DNA from: Escherichia coli
GTDB lineage: Bacteria; Pseudomonadota; Gammaproteobacteria; Enterobacterales; Enterobacteriaceae
NCBI RefSeq assembly: GCF_016026235.1
Contig: NZ_CP065613.1
Reading direction: 5' to 3' (one strand)
DNA length: 64,000 nucleotides
Under the pieces are notes generated by a model. That model was not told the DNA's origin. It ran no database searches and saw nothing but the letters and a program-made list of their open reading frames with translations. Made by a program: the position numbers and the translations under genes. Shown piece after piece: positions 10,634 through 23,314 of the stretch. Numbering within the stretch: the first letter of the stretch is position 1; every line of letters starts with the position of its first letter.

Positions 10634-11854
10634 TTAATTTTCCAGCAAATGCTGGAGCAAAATACCGTTGAGCATGGCGCGTTTTACCAGCGCAAAAGCG
10701 CCGATTGCCGAGCGGTGATCCAGCTCAGAACGTACCACCGGCAGATTAGTGCGAAACGCCTTCAGCGCCTGGGTATTAATGCAGCTTTCAATAGCAGGGA
10801 GCAGCACTTTATCGGCTTCGGTGATTTCACCGGCAATAACAATTTTTTGCGGATTAAATAAGTTGATAGCAATGGCGATGGTTTTACCCAGATGACGACC
10901 GACATACTCAATTACTTCCGACGCCAGACTATCGCCTTTGTTCGCGGCTTTGCAGATAGTTTTGATGGTGCAGTCGTCCAGCGGCACGCGGCTCTGGTAG
11001 CCCTGCTTTAACAGATTCAACACCCGTTGTTCAATGGCAGCGTTGGCGGCGATAGTTTCCAGGCAGCCAAAGTTGCCGCAGTGGCAGCGTTCACCCAGCG
11101 GTTCGACCTGAATATGGCCAATTTCACCGACGTTACCGTTGCGGCCAATAAAAATGCGCCCGTTAGAGATAATCCCGGCCCCGGTTCCGCGATGGACACG
11201 CACCAGAATGGAGTCTTCGCAATCCTGACTTGCACCGAAGTAGTGCTCCGCCAGCGCCAGACTACGGATATCGTGACCAACGAAACAGGTCACTTTAAAA
11301 CGTTCTTCCAGAGCTTCTACCAGCCCCCAGTTTTCTACCTGAATATGCGGCATGTAATGAATTTTGCCGCTGTCCGGGTCAACAAGCCCTGGCAGGATCA
11401 CCGAAATCGCGATCAGCTCGCGCAGTTTGCGCTGGTAGCTATCAATAAACTGAGCAATGGCATTCAACAGGGCATGTTCCAGCGTTTGCTGGGTACGTTC
11501 CGGCAGCGGGTAATGTTCTTCTGCCAGCACTTTGCTGCTGAGATCAAACAGGGTGATGGTGGCGTCGTGACGACCAAGCCGTACGCCGATTGCGTGGAAA
11601 TTGCGGGTTTCGGTGACGATGGAGATAGCGCGGCGGCCCCCGGTGGAGGCCTGCTGATCAACTTCTTTGATCAGCCCGCGTTCGATAAGCTGACGCGTAA
11701 TTTTGGTTACGCTGGCGGGGGCAAGCTGGCTTTGCTCGGCAATCTGAATCCGCGAGATTGGCCCGTACTGGTCAATCAGGCGATAAACCGCCGCGCTGTT
11801 AAGCTGTTTTACGAGATCAACATTACCTATCTGAGCTTGTCCGCCTGGTGTCAT
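10634..11854 (-). CDS. nagC: N-acetylglucosamine repressor NagC (ROK family), 406 aa
   Basis: ORF MTPGGQAQIGNVDLVKQLNSAAVYRLIDQYGPISRIQIAE... with HTH and ROK signature; synteny. Confidence 0.95.
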   Translation of the reverse strand: MTPGGQAQIGNVDLVKQLNSAAVYRLIDQYGPISRIQIAEQSQLAPASVTKITRQLIERGLIKEVDQQASTGGRRAISIVTETRNFHAIGVRLGRHDATITLFDLSSKVLAEEHYPLPERTQQTLEHALLNAIAQFIDSYQRKLRELIAISVILPGLVDPDSGKIHYMPHIQVENWGLVEALEERFKVTCFVGHDIRSLALAEHYFGASQDCEDSILVRVHRGTGAGIISNGRIFIGRNGNVGEIGHIQVEPLGERCHCGNFGCLETIAANAAIEQRVLNLLKQGYQSRVPLDDCTIKTICKAANKGDSLASEVIEYVGRHLGKTIAIAINLFNPQKIVIAGEITEADKVLLPAIESCINTQALKAFRTNLPVVRSELDHRSAIGAFALVKRAMLNGILLQHLLEN

Positions 11855-11862
11855 ACTTTCTC

Positions 11863-13871
<2,009 letters not shown>

Positions 13872-14031
13872 TATTCACCTCAATAAGTAAAATGTAAGCC
13901 GTTGGCGGATTAGGCATCTTTAAGCGTAACCTGGATTTGCGCAGACAGGCGTCAATCCGACCTGATTTTTTGAATGATAAAATAAGTTTTCTGCTTTAGC
14001 CAGTAAAAGGGAGTGATGATAACGATATTTG

Positions 14032-14047
14032 GTGACAAAACTCACAA
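14032..14047. promoter_or_regulatory. CRP (cAMP receptor protein) site in the divergent nagE / nagBACD control region
   Basis: gGTGAcaaaacTCACA fits TGTGA-N6-TCACA; lies centrally in the 332-bp nagB-nagE intergenic region. Confidence 0.55.
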
Positions 14048-14203
14048 AAGGCACGCGTTTAATTTGCGATACGAATTAAATTTTCACACACTCTGTAGCA
14101 GATGATCTAACAATCTGATTACAGAACATCGGCAGTACAATTTGCAGCAAAATAAAAATACGGCTTTAAACGAGCCAAATAGGGTTCTCGTAGGGGGAAT
14201 AAG

Positions 14204-16150
14204 ATGAATATTTTAGGTTTTTTCCAGCGACTCGGTAGGGCGTTACAGCTCCCTATCGCGGTGCTGCCGGTGGCGGCACTGTTGCTGCGATTCGGTCAGC
14301 CAGATTTACTTAACGTTGCGTTTATTGCCCAGGCGGGCGGTGCGATTTTTGATAACCTCGCATTAATCTTCGCCATCGGTGTGGCATCCAGCTGGTCGAA
14401 AGACAGCGCAGGTGCGGCGGCGCTGGCGGGTGCGGTAGGTTACTTTGTGTTAACCAAAGCGATGGTGACCATCAACCCAGAAATTAACATGGGTGTACTG
14501 GCGGGTATCATTACCGGTCTGGTTGGTGGCGCAGCCTATAACCGTTGGTCCGATATTAAACTGCCGGACTTCCTGAGCTTCTTCGGCGGCAAACGCTTTG
14601 TGCCGATTGCCACCGGCTTCTTCTGCCTGGTGCTGGCGGCCATTTTTGGTTACGTCTGGCCGCCAGTACAGCACGCTATCCATGCAGGCGGCGAGTGGAT
14701 CGTTTCTGCAGGCGCGCTGGGTTCCGGTATCTTTGGTTTCATCAACCGTCTGCTGATCCCAACCGGTCTGCATCAGGTGCTGAACACCATCGCCTGGTTC
14801 CAGATTGGTGAATTCACCAACGCGGCGGGTACGGTTTTCCACGGCGACATCAACCGTTTCTACGCTGGTGACGGCACCGCGGGGATGTTCATGTCCGGCT
14901 TCTTCCCGATCATGATGTTCGGTCTGCCGGGTGCGGCGCTGGCGATGTACTTCGCAGCACCGAAAGAGCGTCGTCCGATGGTTGGCGGGATGCTGCTTTC
15001 TGTTGCTGTTACTGCGTTCCTGACCGGTGTGACTGAGCCGCTGGAATTCCTGTTCATGTTCCTTGCTCCGCTGCTGTACCTCCTGCACGCACTGCTGACC
15101 GGTATCAGCCTGTTTGTGGCAACGCTGCTGGGTATCCATGCTGGCTTCTCTTTCTCTGCGGGGGCTATCGACTACGCGTTGATGTATAACCTGCCGGCCG
15201 CCAGCCAGAACGTCTGGATGCTGCTGGTGATGGGTGTTGTCTTCTTCGCTATCTACTTCGTGGTGTTCAGTTTGGTTATCCGCATGTTCAACCTGAAAAC
15301 GCCGGGTCGTGAAGATAAAGAAGACGAGATCGTTACTGAAGAAGCCAACAGCAACACTGAAGAAGGCCTCAATCAACTGGCGACCAACTATATTGCTGCG
15401 GTTGGCGGCACTGACAACCTGAAAGCAATTGACGCCTGTATCACCCGTCTGCGCCTGACCGTGGCTGACTCTGCCCGCGTCAACGATACGATGTGTAAAC
15501 GTCTGGGTGCTTCTGGTGTAGTGAAACTGAACAAACAGACTATTCAGGTGATTGTTGGCGCGAAAGCAGAATCCATCGGCGATGCGATGAAGAAAGTCGT
15601 TGCCCGTGGTCCGGTAGCCGCTGCGTCAGCTGAAGCAACTCCGGCAACTGCCGCGCCTGTAGCAAAACCGCAGGCTGTACCAAACGCGGTATCTATCGCG
15701 GAGCTGGTATCGCCGATTACCGGTGATGTCGTGGCACTGGATCAGGTTCCTGACGAAGCATTCGCCAGCAAAGCGGTGGGTGACGGTGTGGCGGTGAAAC
15801 CGACAGATAAAATCGTCGTATCACCAGCCGCAGGGACAATCGTGAAAATCTTCAACACCAACCACGCGTTCTGCCTAGAAACCGAAAAAGGCGCGGAGAT
15901 CGTCGTCCATATGGGTATCGACACCGTAGCGCTGGAAGGTAAAGGCTTTAAACGTCTGGTGGAAGAGGGTGCGCAGGTAAGCGCAGGGCAACCGATTCTG
16001 GAAATGGATCTGGATTACCTGAACGCTAACGCCCGCTCGATGATTAGCCCGGTGGTTTGCAGCAATATCGACGATTTCAGTGGCTTGATCATTAAAGCTC
16101 AGGGCCATGTTGTGGCGGGTCAAACACCGCTGTATGAAATCAAAAAGTAA
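14204..16150 (+). CDS. nagE: PTS N-acetylglucosamine-specific EIICBA component NagE, 648 aa
   Basis: ORF MNILGFFQRLGRALQLPIAVLPVAALLLRFGQ...; membrane EIIC domain plus C-terminal EIIB/EIIA. Confidence 0.95.
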   Translation: MNILGFFQRLGRALQLPIAVLPVAALLLRFGQPDLLNVAFIAQAGGAIFDNLALIFAIGVASSWSKDSAGAAALAGAVGYFVLTKAMVTINPEINMGVLAGIITGLVGGAAYNRWSDIKLPDFLSFFGGKRFVPIATGFFCLVLAAIFGYVWPPVQHAIHAGGEWIVSAGALGSGIFGFINRLLIPTGLHQVLNTIAWFQIGEFTNAAGTVFHGDINRFYAGDGTAGMFMSGFFPIMMFGLPGAALAMYFAAPKERRPMVGGMLLSVAVTAFLTGVTEPLEFLFMFLAPLLYLLHALLTGISLFVATLLGIHAGFSFSAGAIDYALMYNLPAASQNVWMLLVMGVVFFAIYFVVFSLVIRMFNLKTPGREDKEDEIVTEEANSNTEEGLNQLATNYIAAVGGTDNLKAIDACITRLRLTVADSARVNDTMCKRLGASGVVKLNKQTIQVIVGAKAESIGDAMKKVVARGPVAAASAEATPATAAPVAKPQAVPNAVSIAELVSPITGDVVALDQVPDEAFASKAVGDGVAVKPTDKIVVSPAAGTIVKIFNTNHAFCLETEKGAEIVVHMGIDTVALEGKGFKRLVEEGAQVSAGQPILEMDLDYLNANARSMISPVVCSNIDDFSGLIIKAQGHVVAGQTPLYEIKK

Positions 16151-16159
16151 TCTGCTTTA

Positions 16160-16250
16160 TGCCTGATGCGACGCTTGACGCGTCTTATCAGGCCTACAAA
16201 AGCTCAGTCCAGGTTGGATAAGACGCTTAAGCGTCGCATCCAACAATGAC
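16160..16250. repeat. REP element pair
   Basis: gcctgatgcgacgcttgacgcgtcttatcaggcctac ... ggataagacgcttaagcgtcgcatcc. Confidence 0.8.
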
Positions 16251-16417
16251 GCAGGACTGGCAAAAGCGGTGGAGATCTTCTCTGCCGCTTTTTTTTTCAT
16301 CAATCATCCCCATAATCCTTGTTAGATTATCAATTTTAAAAAACTAACAGTTGTCAGCCTGTCCCGCTTATAAGATCATACGCCGTTATACGTTGTTTAC
16401 GCTTTGAGGAATCCACG

Positions 16418-18082
16418 ATGAGTGAGGCAGAAGCCCGCCCGACTAACTTTATCCGTCAGATCATCGATGAAGATCTGGCCAGTGGTAAGCACACCACAGT
16501 ACACACCCGTTTCCCGCCGGAGCCGAATGGCTATCTGCATATTGGCCATGCGAAATCTATCTGCCTGAACTTCGGGATCGCCCAGGACTATAAAGGCCAG
16601 TGCAACCTGCGTTTCGACGACACTAACCCGGTAAAAGAAGATATCGAGTATGTCGATTCGATCAAAAACGACGTTGAGTGGTTAGGTTTTCACTGGTCTG
16701 GTAACGTCCGTTACTCCTCCGATTATTTTGATCAGCTCCACGCCTATGCGATCGAACTGATCAATAAAGGCCTGGCGTACGTTGATGAACTGACGCCGGA
16801 ACAGATCCGCGAATACCGCGGCACCCTGACGCAGCCTGGTAAAAACAGCCCGTACCGCGACCGTAGCGTTGAAGAGAACCTGGCGCTGTTCGAGAAAATG
16901 CGTACCGGCGGTTTTGAAGAAGGTAAAGCCTGCCTGCGTGCGAAAATCGACATGGCTTCACCGTTTATCGTGATGCGCGATCCGGTGCTGTACCGCATTA
17001 AATTTGCTGAACACCACCAGACTGGCAACAAGTGGTGCATCTACCCGATGTACGACTTCACCCACTGCATCAGCGATGCTCTGGAAGGTATTACGCACTC
17101 TCTGTGTACGCTTGAGTTCCAGGATAACCGTCGTCTGTACGACTGGGTACTGGACAACATCACCATTCCTGTTCACCCGCGCCAGTACGAATTCTCGCGC
17201 CTGAATCTGGAATACACTGTGATGTCCAAGCGTAAGCTGAACCTGCTGGTGACCGATAAGCACGTTGAAGGCTGGGATGACCCGCGTATGCCGACCATTT
17301 CCGGTCTGCGTCGTCGTGGTTACACTGCGGCTTCTATTCGTGAGTTCTGCAAACGCATCGGCGTGACCAAGCAGGACAACACCATTGAGATGGCGTCGCT
17401 GGAATCCTGCATCCGTGAAGATCTCAACGAAAATGCGCCGCGCGCAATGGCGGTTATCGATCCGGTGAAACTGGTTATCGAAAACTATCAGGGCGAAGGC
17501 GAAATGGTTACCATGCCGAACCATCCGAACAAACCGGAAATGGGCAGCCGTCAGGTGCCGTTTAGCGGTGAGATTTGGATCGATCGCGCCGATTTCCGCG
17601 AAGAAGCTAACAAGCAGTACAAACGTCTGGTGCTCGGTAAAGAAGTGCGTCTGCGTAATGCTTATGTGATTAAGGCAGAACGCGTCGAGAAAGATGTCGA
17701 AGGTAATATCACCACCATCTTCTGTACTTATGACGCCGATACCTTAAGCAAAGATCCGGCAGATGGTCGTAAAGTCAAAGGTGTTATTCACTGGGTGAGC
17801 GCGGCACATGCGCTGCCGGTTGAAATCCGTTTGTATGACCGTCTGTTCAGCGTGCCGAACCCAGGTGCTGCGGATGATTTCCTGTCGGTGATTAACCCGG
17901 AATCGCTGGTGATCAAACAGGGCTTTGCTGAACCGTCGCTGAAAGATGCGGTAGCGGGTAAAGCATTCCAGTTTGAGCGTGAAGGTTACTTCTGCCTCGA
18001 CAGCCGCCATTCCACTGCCGAAAAACCGGTATTTAACCGCACCGTTGGGCTGCGTGATACCTGGGCGAAAGTTGGCGAGTAA
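16418..18082 (+). CDS. glnS: Glutaminyl-tRNA synthetase GlnRS, 554 aa
   Basis: Class I signatures HIGH (LHIGHAKSI) and VMSKR (KMSKS-type); recognised N-terminus [24 protein letters not shown]. Confidence 0.97.
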   Translation: MSEAEARPTNFIRQIIDEDLASGKHTTVHTRFPPEPNGYLHIGHAKSICLNFGIAQDYKGQCNLRFDDTNPVKEDIEYVDSIKNDVEWLGFHWSGNVRYSSDYFDQLHAYAIELINKGLAYVDELTPEQIREYRGTLTQPGKNSPYRDRSVEENLALFEKMRTGGFEEGKACLRAKIDMASPFIVMRDPVLYRIKFAEHHQTGNKWCIYPMYDFTHCISDALEGITHSLCTLEFQDNRRLYDWVLDNITIPVHPRQYEFSRLNLEYTVMSKRKLNLLVTDKHVEGWDDPRMPTISGLRRRGYTAASIREFCKRIGVTKQDNTIEMASLESCIREDLNENAPRAMAVIDPVKLVIENYQGEGEMVTMPNHPNKPEMGSRQVPFSGEIWIDRADFREEANKQYKRLVLGKEVRLRNAYVIKAERVEKDVEGNITTIFCTYDADTLSKDPADGRKVKGVIHWVSAAHALPVEIRLYDRLFSVPNPGAADDFLSVINPESLVIKQGFAEPSLKDAVAGKAFQFEREGYFCLDSRHSTAEKPVFNRTVGLRDTWAKVGE

Positions 18083-18094
18083 TTTTAAGTTTCG

Positions 18095-18275
18095 CTATGC
18101 CGGATGGGGCGTTTACGTCGCATCCGGCAAGGAACAGACAAACAGTTTCAAACGCTAAATTGCCTGATGCGCTACGCTTATCAGGCCTACATGATCTCTG
18201 CAATATATTGAGTTTGCGTGCTTTTGTAGGCCGGATAAGGCGTTCACGCCGCATCCGGCAAGAAACATGCAAACA
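18095..18275. repeat. REP/BIME cluster (RIP-type with IHF-like core)
   Basis: atgccggatggggcgtttacgtcgcatccggc, gcctgatgcgctacgcttatcaggcctac, tgcaatatattgag core, gtaggccggataaggcgttcacgccgcatccggc. Confidence 0.8.
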
Positions 18276-18282
18276 ATCCTAA

Positions 18283-18308
18283 ACGCCGCGGTCTGCGGCG
18301 TTTTTTTC
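18283..18308 (+). terminator. Intrinsic terminator (glnS transcript)
   Basis: cgccgcggtctgcggcg hairpin followed by TTTTTTT. Confidence 0.75.
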
Positions 18309-18641
18309 TGCTTTTCTTCACGAATTAATTCCGCTTCGCAATTTATCCATAAAATAAATTTAAAATAACAAAACATAATTAAATAAAATGTAACCGCTTT
18401 CATCTTGCTGGAAATTCACGCTTTTATTCTTCTGCAAGCCTTTCAACCGCAAACTTAAGCCTTGTAACAAAAATCATCAAAATATGTGCGGTTGCTCATG
18501 TTCTTACATTCTGGTTACAGAAAGAGATTGATAATTCGCGCCGCGAAAAATAGTCTGTTCCTGTAGTCAGCGAGACTTTTCTCAACGCTACTTTTTTAAT
18601 TTTTATTTTTTCGCTGTTCACCTTTGGTGCAGCAATTTATA

Positions 18642-18654
18642 CGTCAAAGAGGAT
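18642..18654 (+). promoter_or_regulatory. Probable ChiX sRNA pairing site overlapping the chiP Shine-Dalgarno
   Basis: cgtcaaagaggat just upstream of the chiP ATG is complementary to the ChiX seed as I recall it (UCCUCUUUGACG); from memory, not verified. Confidence 0.5.
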
Positions 18655-18660
18655 TAACCC

Positions 18661-20067
18661 ATGCGTACGTTTAGTGGCAAACGTAGTACGCTGGCGCTGG
18701 CTATCGCCGGTGTTACAGCAATGTCGGGCTTTATGGCAATGCCGGAGGCTCGCGCCGAAGGATTCATCGACGATTCAACCTTAACCGGCGGTATCTATTA
18801 CTGGCAGCGTGAACGCGACCGTAAAGATGTTACCGACGGCGACAAATACAAAACCAACCTTTCTCACTCCACCTGGAATGCCAACCTCGATTTTCAGTCC
18901 GGTTATGCTGCTGATATGTTCGGCCTTGATATTGCTGCGTTTACGGCGATTGAAATGGCGGAAAACGGCGACAGCTCCCACCCGAACGAAATCGCGTTTT
19001 CAAAAAGTAATAAAGCCTATGACGAAGACTGGTCCGGCGACAAAAGCGGTATAAGCCTGTATAAAGCTGCGGCCAAATTTAAATACGGTCCGGTTTGGGC
19101 GAGGGCAGGTTACATTCAGCCAACTGGTCAAACGCTGTTAGCGCCGCACTGGAGCTTTATGCCAGGTACTTATCAGGGGGCGGAAGCCGGGGCGAATTTT
19201 GATTACGGCGATGCTGGTGCCTTGAGTTTCTCCTACATGTGGACCAACGAATACAAAGCGCCGTGGCATCTGGAAATGGATGAGTTTTATCAGAACGATA
19301 AAACCACCAAAGTTGATTATCTGCACTCCATCGGTGCGAAATACGACTTCAAAAATAACTTCGTACTGGAAGCGGCATTTGGTCAGGCGGAAGGGTATAT
19401 CGATCAATATTTTGCCAAAGCCAGCTACAAATTTGATATCGCCGGTAGCCCGTTAACCACCAGCTACCAGTTCTATGGTACCCGCGATAAAGTTGACGAT
19501 CGCAGCGTCAACGATCTTTATGACGGCACCGCCTGGCTGCAAGCGTTGACCTTTGGTTACCGGGCGGCTGACGTAGTGGATTTGCGCCTCGAAGGCACCT
19601 GGGTTAAGGCTGACGGTCAGCAGGGATACTTCCTGCAACGTATGACCCCAACCTACGCTTCCTCCAACGGCCGCCTGGATATCTGGTGGGATAACCGTTC
19701 TGACTTCAACGCCAACGGCGAAAAAGCGGTCTTCTTCGGTGCGATGTATGACCTGAAAAACTGGAATCTTCCAGGCTTCGCCATCGGCGCTTCCTACGTT
19801 TACGCATGGGATGCTAAACCTGCGACCTGGCAGAGCAATCCGGATGCGTACTACGACAAAAACCGGACTATTGAAGAGTCTGCCTACAGCCTGGATGCGG
19901 TCTACACCATTCAGGACGGTCGCGCCAAAGGCACGATGTTCAAACTGCACTTCACCGAATACGACAACCACTCCGACATCCCAAGCTGGGGCGGCGGTTA
20001 CGGTAACATCTTCCAGGATGAGCGTGACGTGAAATTTATGGTAATCGCACCATTCACCATCTTCTGA
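18661..20067 (+). CDS. chiP: Chitoporin ChiP (YbfM), outer-membrane porin, 468 aa
   Basis: [35 protein letters not shown]... with signal peptide; C-terminal aromatic residue (F) typical of beta-barrels. Confidence 0.93.
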   Translation: MRTFSGKRSTLALAIAGVTAMSGFMAMPEARAEGFIDDSTLTGGIYYWQRERDRKDVTDGDKYKTNLSHSTWNANLDFQSGYAADMFGLDIAAFTAIEMAENGDSSHPNEIAFSKSNKAYDEDWSGDKSGISLYKAAAKFKYGPVWARAGYIQPTGQTLLAPHWSFMPGTYQGAEAGANFDYGDAGALSFSYMWTNEYKAPWHLEMDEFYQNDKTTKVDYLHSIGAKYDFKNNFVLEAAFGQAEGYIDQYFAKASYKFDIAGSPLTTSYQFYGTRDKVDDRSVNDLYDGTAWLQALTFGYRAADVVDLRLEGTWVKADGQQGYFLQRMTPTYASSNGRLDIWWDNRSDFNANGEKAVFFGAMYDLKNWNLPGFAIGASYVYAWDAKPATWQSNPDAYYDKNRTIEESAYSLDAVYTIQDGRAKGTMFKLHFTEYDNHSDIPSWGGGYGNIFQDERDVKFMVIAPFTIF

Positions 20068-20116
20068 TGCACGACGCGGCAGGTTTTGTGCCTGCCGCAC
20101 GTTTGAGGAATTTTCA

Positions 20117-20443
20117 ATGAAAAAACTGATTCTCATCGCCATGATGGCATCGGGGCTGGTAGCTTGTGCGCAATCAACCGCACCACAGGAAGACAGCCGT
20201 CTGAAAGAGGCATACAGCGCCTGTATCAACACCGCGCAAGGTTCGCCAGAAAAAATTGAAGCCTGCCAGAGCGTGTTAAACGTGCTGAAGAAAGAGAAAC
20301 AACATCAGCAGTTTGCCGACCAGGAAAGTGTACGCGTACTGGATTATCAGCAGTGTCTGCGTGCAACGCAAACCGGAAATGATCAGGCGGTGAAAGCCGA
20401 TTGTGATAAAGTTTGGCAGGAAATTCGCAGTAATAACAAATAA
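20117..20443 (+). CDS. chiQ: Lipoprotein ChiQ (YbfN), 108 aa
   Basis: Lipobox LVAC in MKKLILIAMMASGLVACAQ; co-oriented immediately downstream of chiP. Confidence 0.9.
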   Translation: MKKLILIAMMASGLVACAQSTAPQEDSRLKEAYSACINTAQGSPEKIEACQSVLNVLKKEKQHQQFADQESVRVLDYQQCLRATQTGNDQAVKADCDKVWQEIRSNNK

Positions 20444-20484
20444 GTGAGAGCTGTAACTCTCGCTTTTCTTATTTCCCTTGCATA

Positions 20485-20512
20485 AAAAAGCCAACCCGCA
20501 GGTTGGCTTTTT
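20485..20512. terminator. Bidirectional intrinsic terminator between chiQ (plus) and fur (minus)
   Basis: aaaaagccaacc-cgca-ggttggcttttt, a hairpin flanked by A-run and T-run. Confidence 0.8.
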
Positions 20513-20527
20513 CTCATTCAGGCTGGC

Positions 20528-20974
20528 TTATTTGCCTTCGTGCGCATGTTCATCTTCGCGGCAATCGCCTTCGGCACAGTGACCGTAAAGATAGAGACTG
20601 TGGTTAGTCAGGCGAATGCCATGTTTTGCGGCAATTTCACGCTGACGCGCTTCGATGGAATCATCACTAAATTCGATAACCTTGCCGCAGTCGAGGCAGA
20701 TCAGGTGATCGTGGTGATGTTGCTGTGTCAGTTCAAATACGGATTTACCGCCTTCAAAATTGTGGCGGGTGACGATACCAGCGTCGTCAAACTGGTTCAG
20801 TACGCGATATACCGTAGCCAGACCAATTTCTTCACCCATATCGATCAGACGTTTGTATAAATCTTCCGCACTGACGTGATGGTTGTCCGGCTCCTGAAGA
20901 ACTTCCAGGATTTTTAAACGAGGAAGCGTTACTTTCAGGCCAGCTTTCTTTAGGGCGGTATTGTTATCAGTCAT
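20528..20974 (-). CDS. fur: Ferric uptake regulator Fur, 148 aa
   Basis: ORF MTDNNTALKKAGLKVTLPRLKILEVLQEPDNHHVSAEDLYKRLIDMGEEIGLATVYRVLNQFDDAGIV...; His/Cys-rich C-terminus. Confidence 0.97.
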   Translation of the reverse strand: MTDNNTALKKAGLKVTLPRLKILEVLQEPDNHHVSAEDLYKRLIDMGEEIGLATVYRVLNQFDDAGIVTRHNFEGGKSVFELTQQHHHDHLICLDCGKVIEFSDDSIEARQREIAAKHGIRLTNHSLYLYGHCAEGDCREDEHAHEGK

Positions 20975-21053
20975 GCGGAATCTGTCCTGTTACTAAGCGG
21001 TTCACTTCATTAGAAGAAGTGACAGAATTTGCTCTTGAGATAATGCGTATCAT
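20967..21053 (-). CDS. uof: Fur leader peptide Uof, 28 aa, translationally coupled to fur
   Basis: Small ORF MIRIISRANSVTSSNEVNRLVTGQIPHD; its TGA stop overlaps the fur ATG (catgACTGA context). Confidence 0.7.
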   Translation of the reverse strand: MIRIISRANSVTSSNEVNRLVTGQIPHD

Positions 21054-21229
21054 TATAGAATTGCCACGCCTAAATGAAAACCACAAGTCCCTGGCAAATA
21101 TTGTTAATAAAAACGTGGCACAGCTTACATTTACAACGGCAAGGCCACTTGAACACCGGGACATTGTACAGGTACAACAGCAAAAGTTACAAATTTGTAG
21201 CAATTATTTTGATTGGCATTATCTATTAA

Positions 21230-21256
21230 TACGGCGTAGACATGAGTCTACGCCGC
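21230..21256 (-). terminator. Hairpin downstream of fldA (putative terminator or processing site)
   Basis: cggcgtagac-atga-gtctacgccg perfect 10-bp stem immediately after the fldA stop on the minus strand. Confidence 0.5.
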
Positions 21257-21262
21257 ATCACA

Positions 21263-21793
21263 TCAGGCATTGAGAATTTCGTCGAGATGCAACTCTTCAG
21301 AAATCTGTTTAACCCATTTTTCTACACGTTCAGCGGTCAGTTCCGGCTGACGGTCTTCGTCGATAGCCAGACCGACAAAGTGGTCGTCATCTGCCAGACC
21401 TTTTGATGCTTCGAAATGATAGCCCGCAGTTGGCCAGTGACCAACGATGGTTGCACCGCGCGGTTCAATGATGTCGCGGATGGTGCCCAATGCATCGCAG
21501 AAATATTCGGCGTAATCTTCCTGGTCACCACAACCAAACAGCGCAACCAGTTTGCCATTGAAATCAATCTCTTCGAGAGTCGGGAAGAAGTCATCCCAGT
21601 CACACTGCGCTTCGCCATAATACCAGGTTGGGATGCCCAGCAGCAGAATGTCATAAGCTTCCAGATCTTCTTTGCTGCTTTTTGCAATGTCATGGACATC
21701 GGCAACGTCTTTACCAAGCTGTTTTTGAATCATTTTTGCGATATTTTCGGTATTACCGGTGTCGCTGCCGAAAAAGATGCCAGTGATAGCCAT
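21263..21793 (-). CDS. fldA: Flavodoxin 1 FldA, 176 aa
   Basis: Protein begins [20 protein letters not shown] (flavodoxin FMN-binding signature); ATG at 21793; the 39-aa ORF-table N-extension is rejected. Confidence 0.95.
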
Positions 21794-21932
21794 GAGTGAA
21801 ATAACCTCTTGAAACTTATTGAAATGGGGGTGGAAAATTGCCCACGGATAAAGGCAATCATAGCAGAACAGGCAGTCTTGCGGAATCAGCAAACGAGCAG
21901 GACTGCACACTGTGCTACATGAAACTGGAAAT

Positions 21933-22226
21933 TTAAACGATGCCCTGACTACGCAGCGCCGCCAGTTGCTGCATTAACATCTCTTCGATCAGTTCGCTAC
22001 GGCTCATATTGCGCGATTCCGCCAGCTCGTTCAGCGCCTCGACAGCTTCCGCGTTCAGCTTCAGTTCGACACGCTTAAGGCCACGTACTTTGTCGCGTTT
22101 TAGCTGGTTGCGTTTATTAATACGCAGCTGTTCATCGCGCGAAAGCGGATTAGTTTTCGGTCGTCCCGGTCGACGCTCGTGCGCGAACAGATCTAATGTC
22201 GTACGGTCCGTTTGTTCTTTGGCCAT
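21933..22226 (-). CDS. ybfE: LexA-regulated protein YbfE, 97 aa
   Basis: [49 protein letters not shown]...; the start at 22226 is chosen from the remembered protein, the ORF table extends 23 aa upstream. Confidence 0.8.
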   Translation of the reverse strand: MAKEQTDRTTLDLFAHERRPGRPKTNPLSRDEQLRINKRNQLKRDKVRGLKRVELKLNAEAVEALNELAESRNMSRSELIEEMLMQQLAALRSQGIV

Positions 22227-22344
22227 GATCTTGGTGACTTCGGGGGAAACAATCAGCCAGGCCTCTGCCCGGATGGATAGCGCGCCATAATACATCAGCG
22301 CGATGAGTCACGCCAACGCCCACGCGCGGAAAGCGACGCGGACG

Positions 22345-22360
22345 CTGGGTTTTTAATCAG
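22345..22360 (-). promoter_or_regulatory. Candidate LexA box (CTG-N10-CAG) upstream of ybfE
   Basis: Minus-strand CTGATTAAAAACCCAG about 120 nt upstream of the ybfE start, immediately after the ybfF stop. Confidence 0.5.
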
Positions 22361-22365
22361 TTGCG

Positions 22366-23130
22366 TTAATCATTGAGATAGCGACGGATAGCGCGTAATA
22401 CCGCATCCGGTTTTTCAGCATGGACCCAGTGACCCGCGCCTGCAATCACATGCGCCCGTGCCTGTGGAAATTGTGCCAGTAAATCATCACGGTACTGCTC
22501 GCTAACATACGGAGAATTGCCGCCAGGGATAAACAGGGCAGGGTGATCCCATGCCGGGATTTTCTCCCAACCCACAATATGCGGATACTGATCCCACAAT
22601 ACCGGCACGTTAAAGCGCCACTCCCCGTCAACAAAAGATTTCAACAGAAACTGAATCACCCCTTCTTCATTAAGATGCTGGCGCATTATTGCTGCTGCTT
22701 GCTGGCGAGTTTGTGCGTCCGATTCACTGACCGCGTTGATAGCTGCGAAAATCTCATCATGACGGCGTACGTGATAGTCGACCGGTGCGATATCGATCGC
22801 CACCAGTTTATCGATGCGATCGGGGGCCAGTGCAGTAAGTGCCATTACCGCTTTACCGCCCATGGAGTGACCGATAAATGTTGCTTTGTCGATCTGCAGT
22901 GCATCCAGGGTATCAACAAGATCCTGCGCCATCGCCGGGTAATTCATTACCGGCTCTCTCGGTGAAAGACCGTGGTTACGCATATCAACCTGGATGATAT
23001 TGTGATCGTTTACCAGATCGCGAGCCAGTACGCCAAGGTTGTCGAGGCTACCAAACAGACCATGGACAAGAACGATGGGAGAATTATTGTGCTGGTTTTG
23101 TGCAGTTTGCGCGCGGATATTCAATTTCAT
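22366..23130 (-). CDS. ybfF: Esterase YbfF (alpha/beta hydrolase), 254 aa
   Basis: Nucleophile elbow GHSMGG; recognised sequence MKLNIRAQTAQNQHNNSPIVLVHGLFGSLDNLG. Confidence 0.93.
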   Translation of the reverse strand: MKLNIRAQTAQNQHNNSPIVLVHGLFGSLDNLGVLARDLVNDHNIIQVDMRNHGLSPREPVMNYPAMAQDLVDTLDALQIDKATFIGHSMGGKAVMALTALAPDRIDKLVAIDIAPVDYHVRRHDEIFAAINAVSESDAQTRQQAAAIMRQHLNEEGVIQFLLKSFVDGEWRFNVPVLWDQYPHIVGWEKIPAWDHPALFIPGGNSPYVSEQYRDDLLAQFPQARAHVIAGAGHWVHAEKPDAVLRAIRRYLND

Positions 23131-23314
23131 GGCAAAGTTCTTTTTTTCGCGTTGTCGGGTTAGGGTATTATGTTGACCATTGTGCCACAGGGCTGCAACA
23201 AATAAGGTTTATTCCGAGTTTTTCTGCAAGCCAGGCTTGACGCTATCCGCTGCCGGGATTTATTCATATACTCCTGGCGACTTGTATTCAGCTAAGACAC
23301 TGCACTGGATTAAG

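Noticed and set aside
14450-15376. 308-aa minus-strand ORF antisense to nagE
   Set aside because: Antisense to the nagE membrane domain; His/Arg/Gln-rich, not protein-like.
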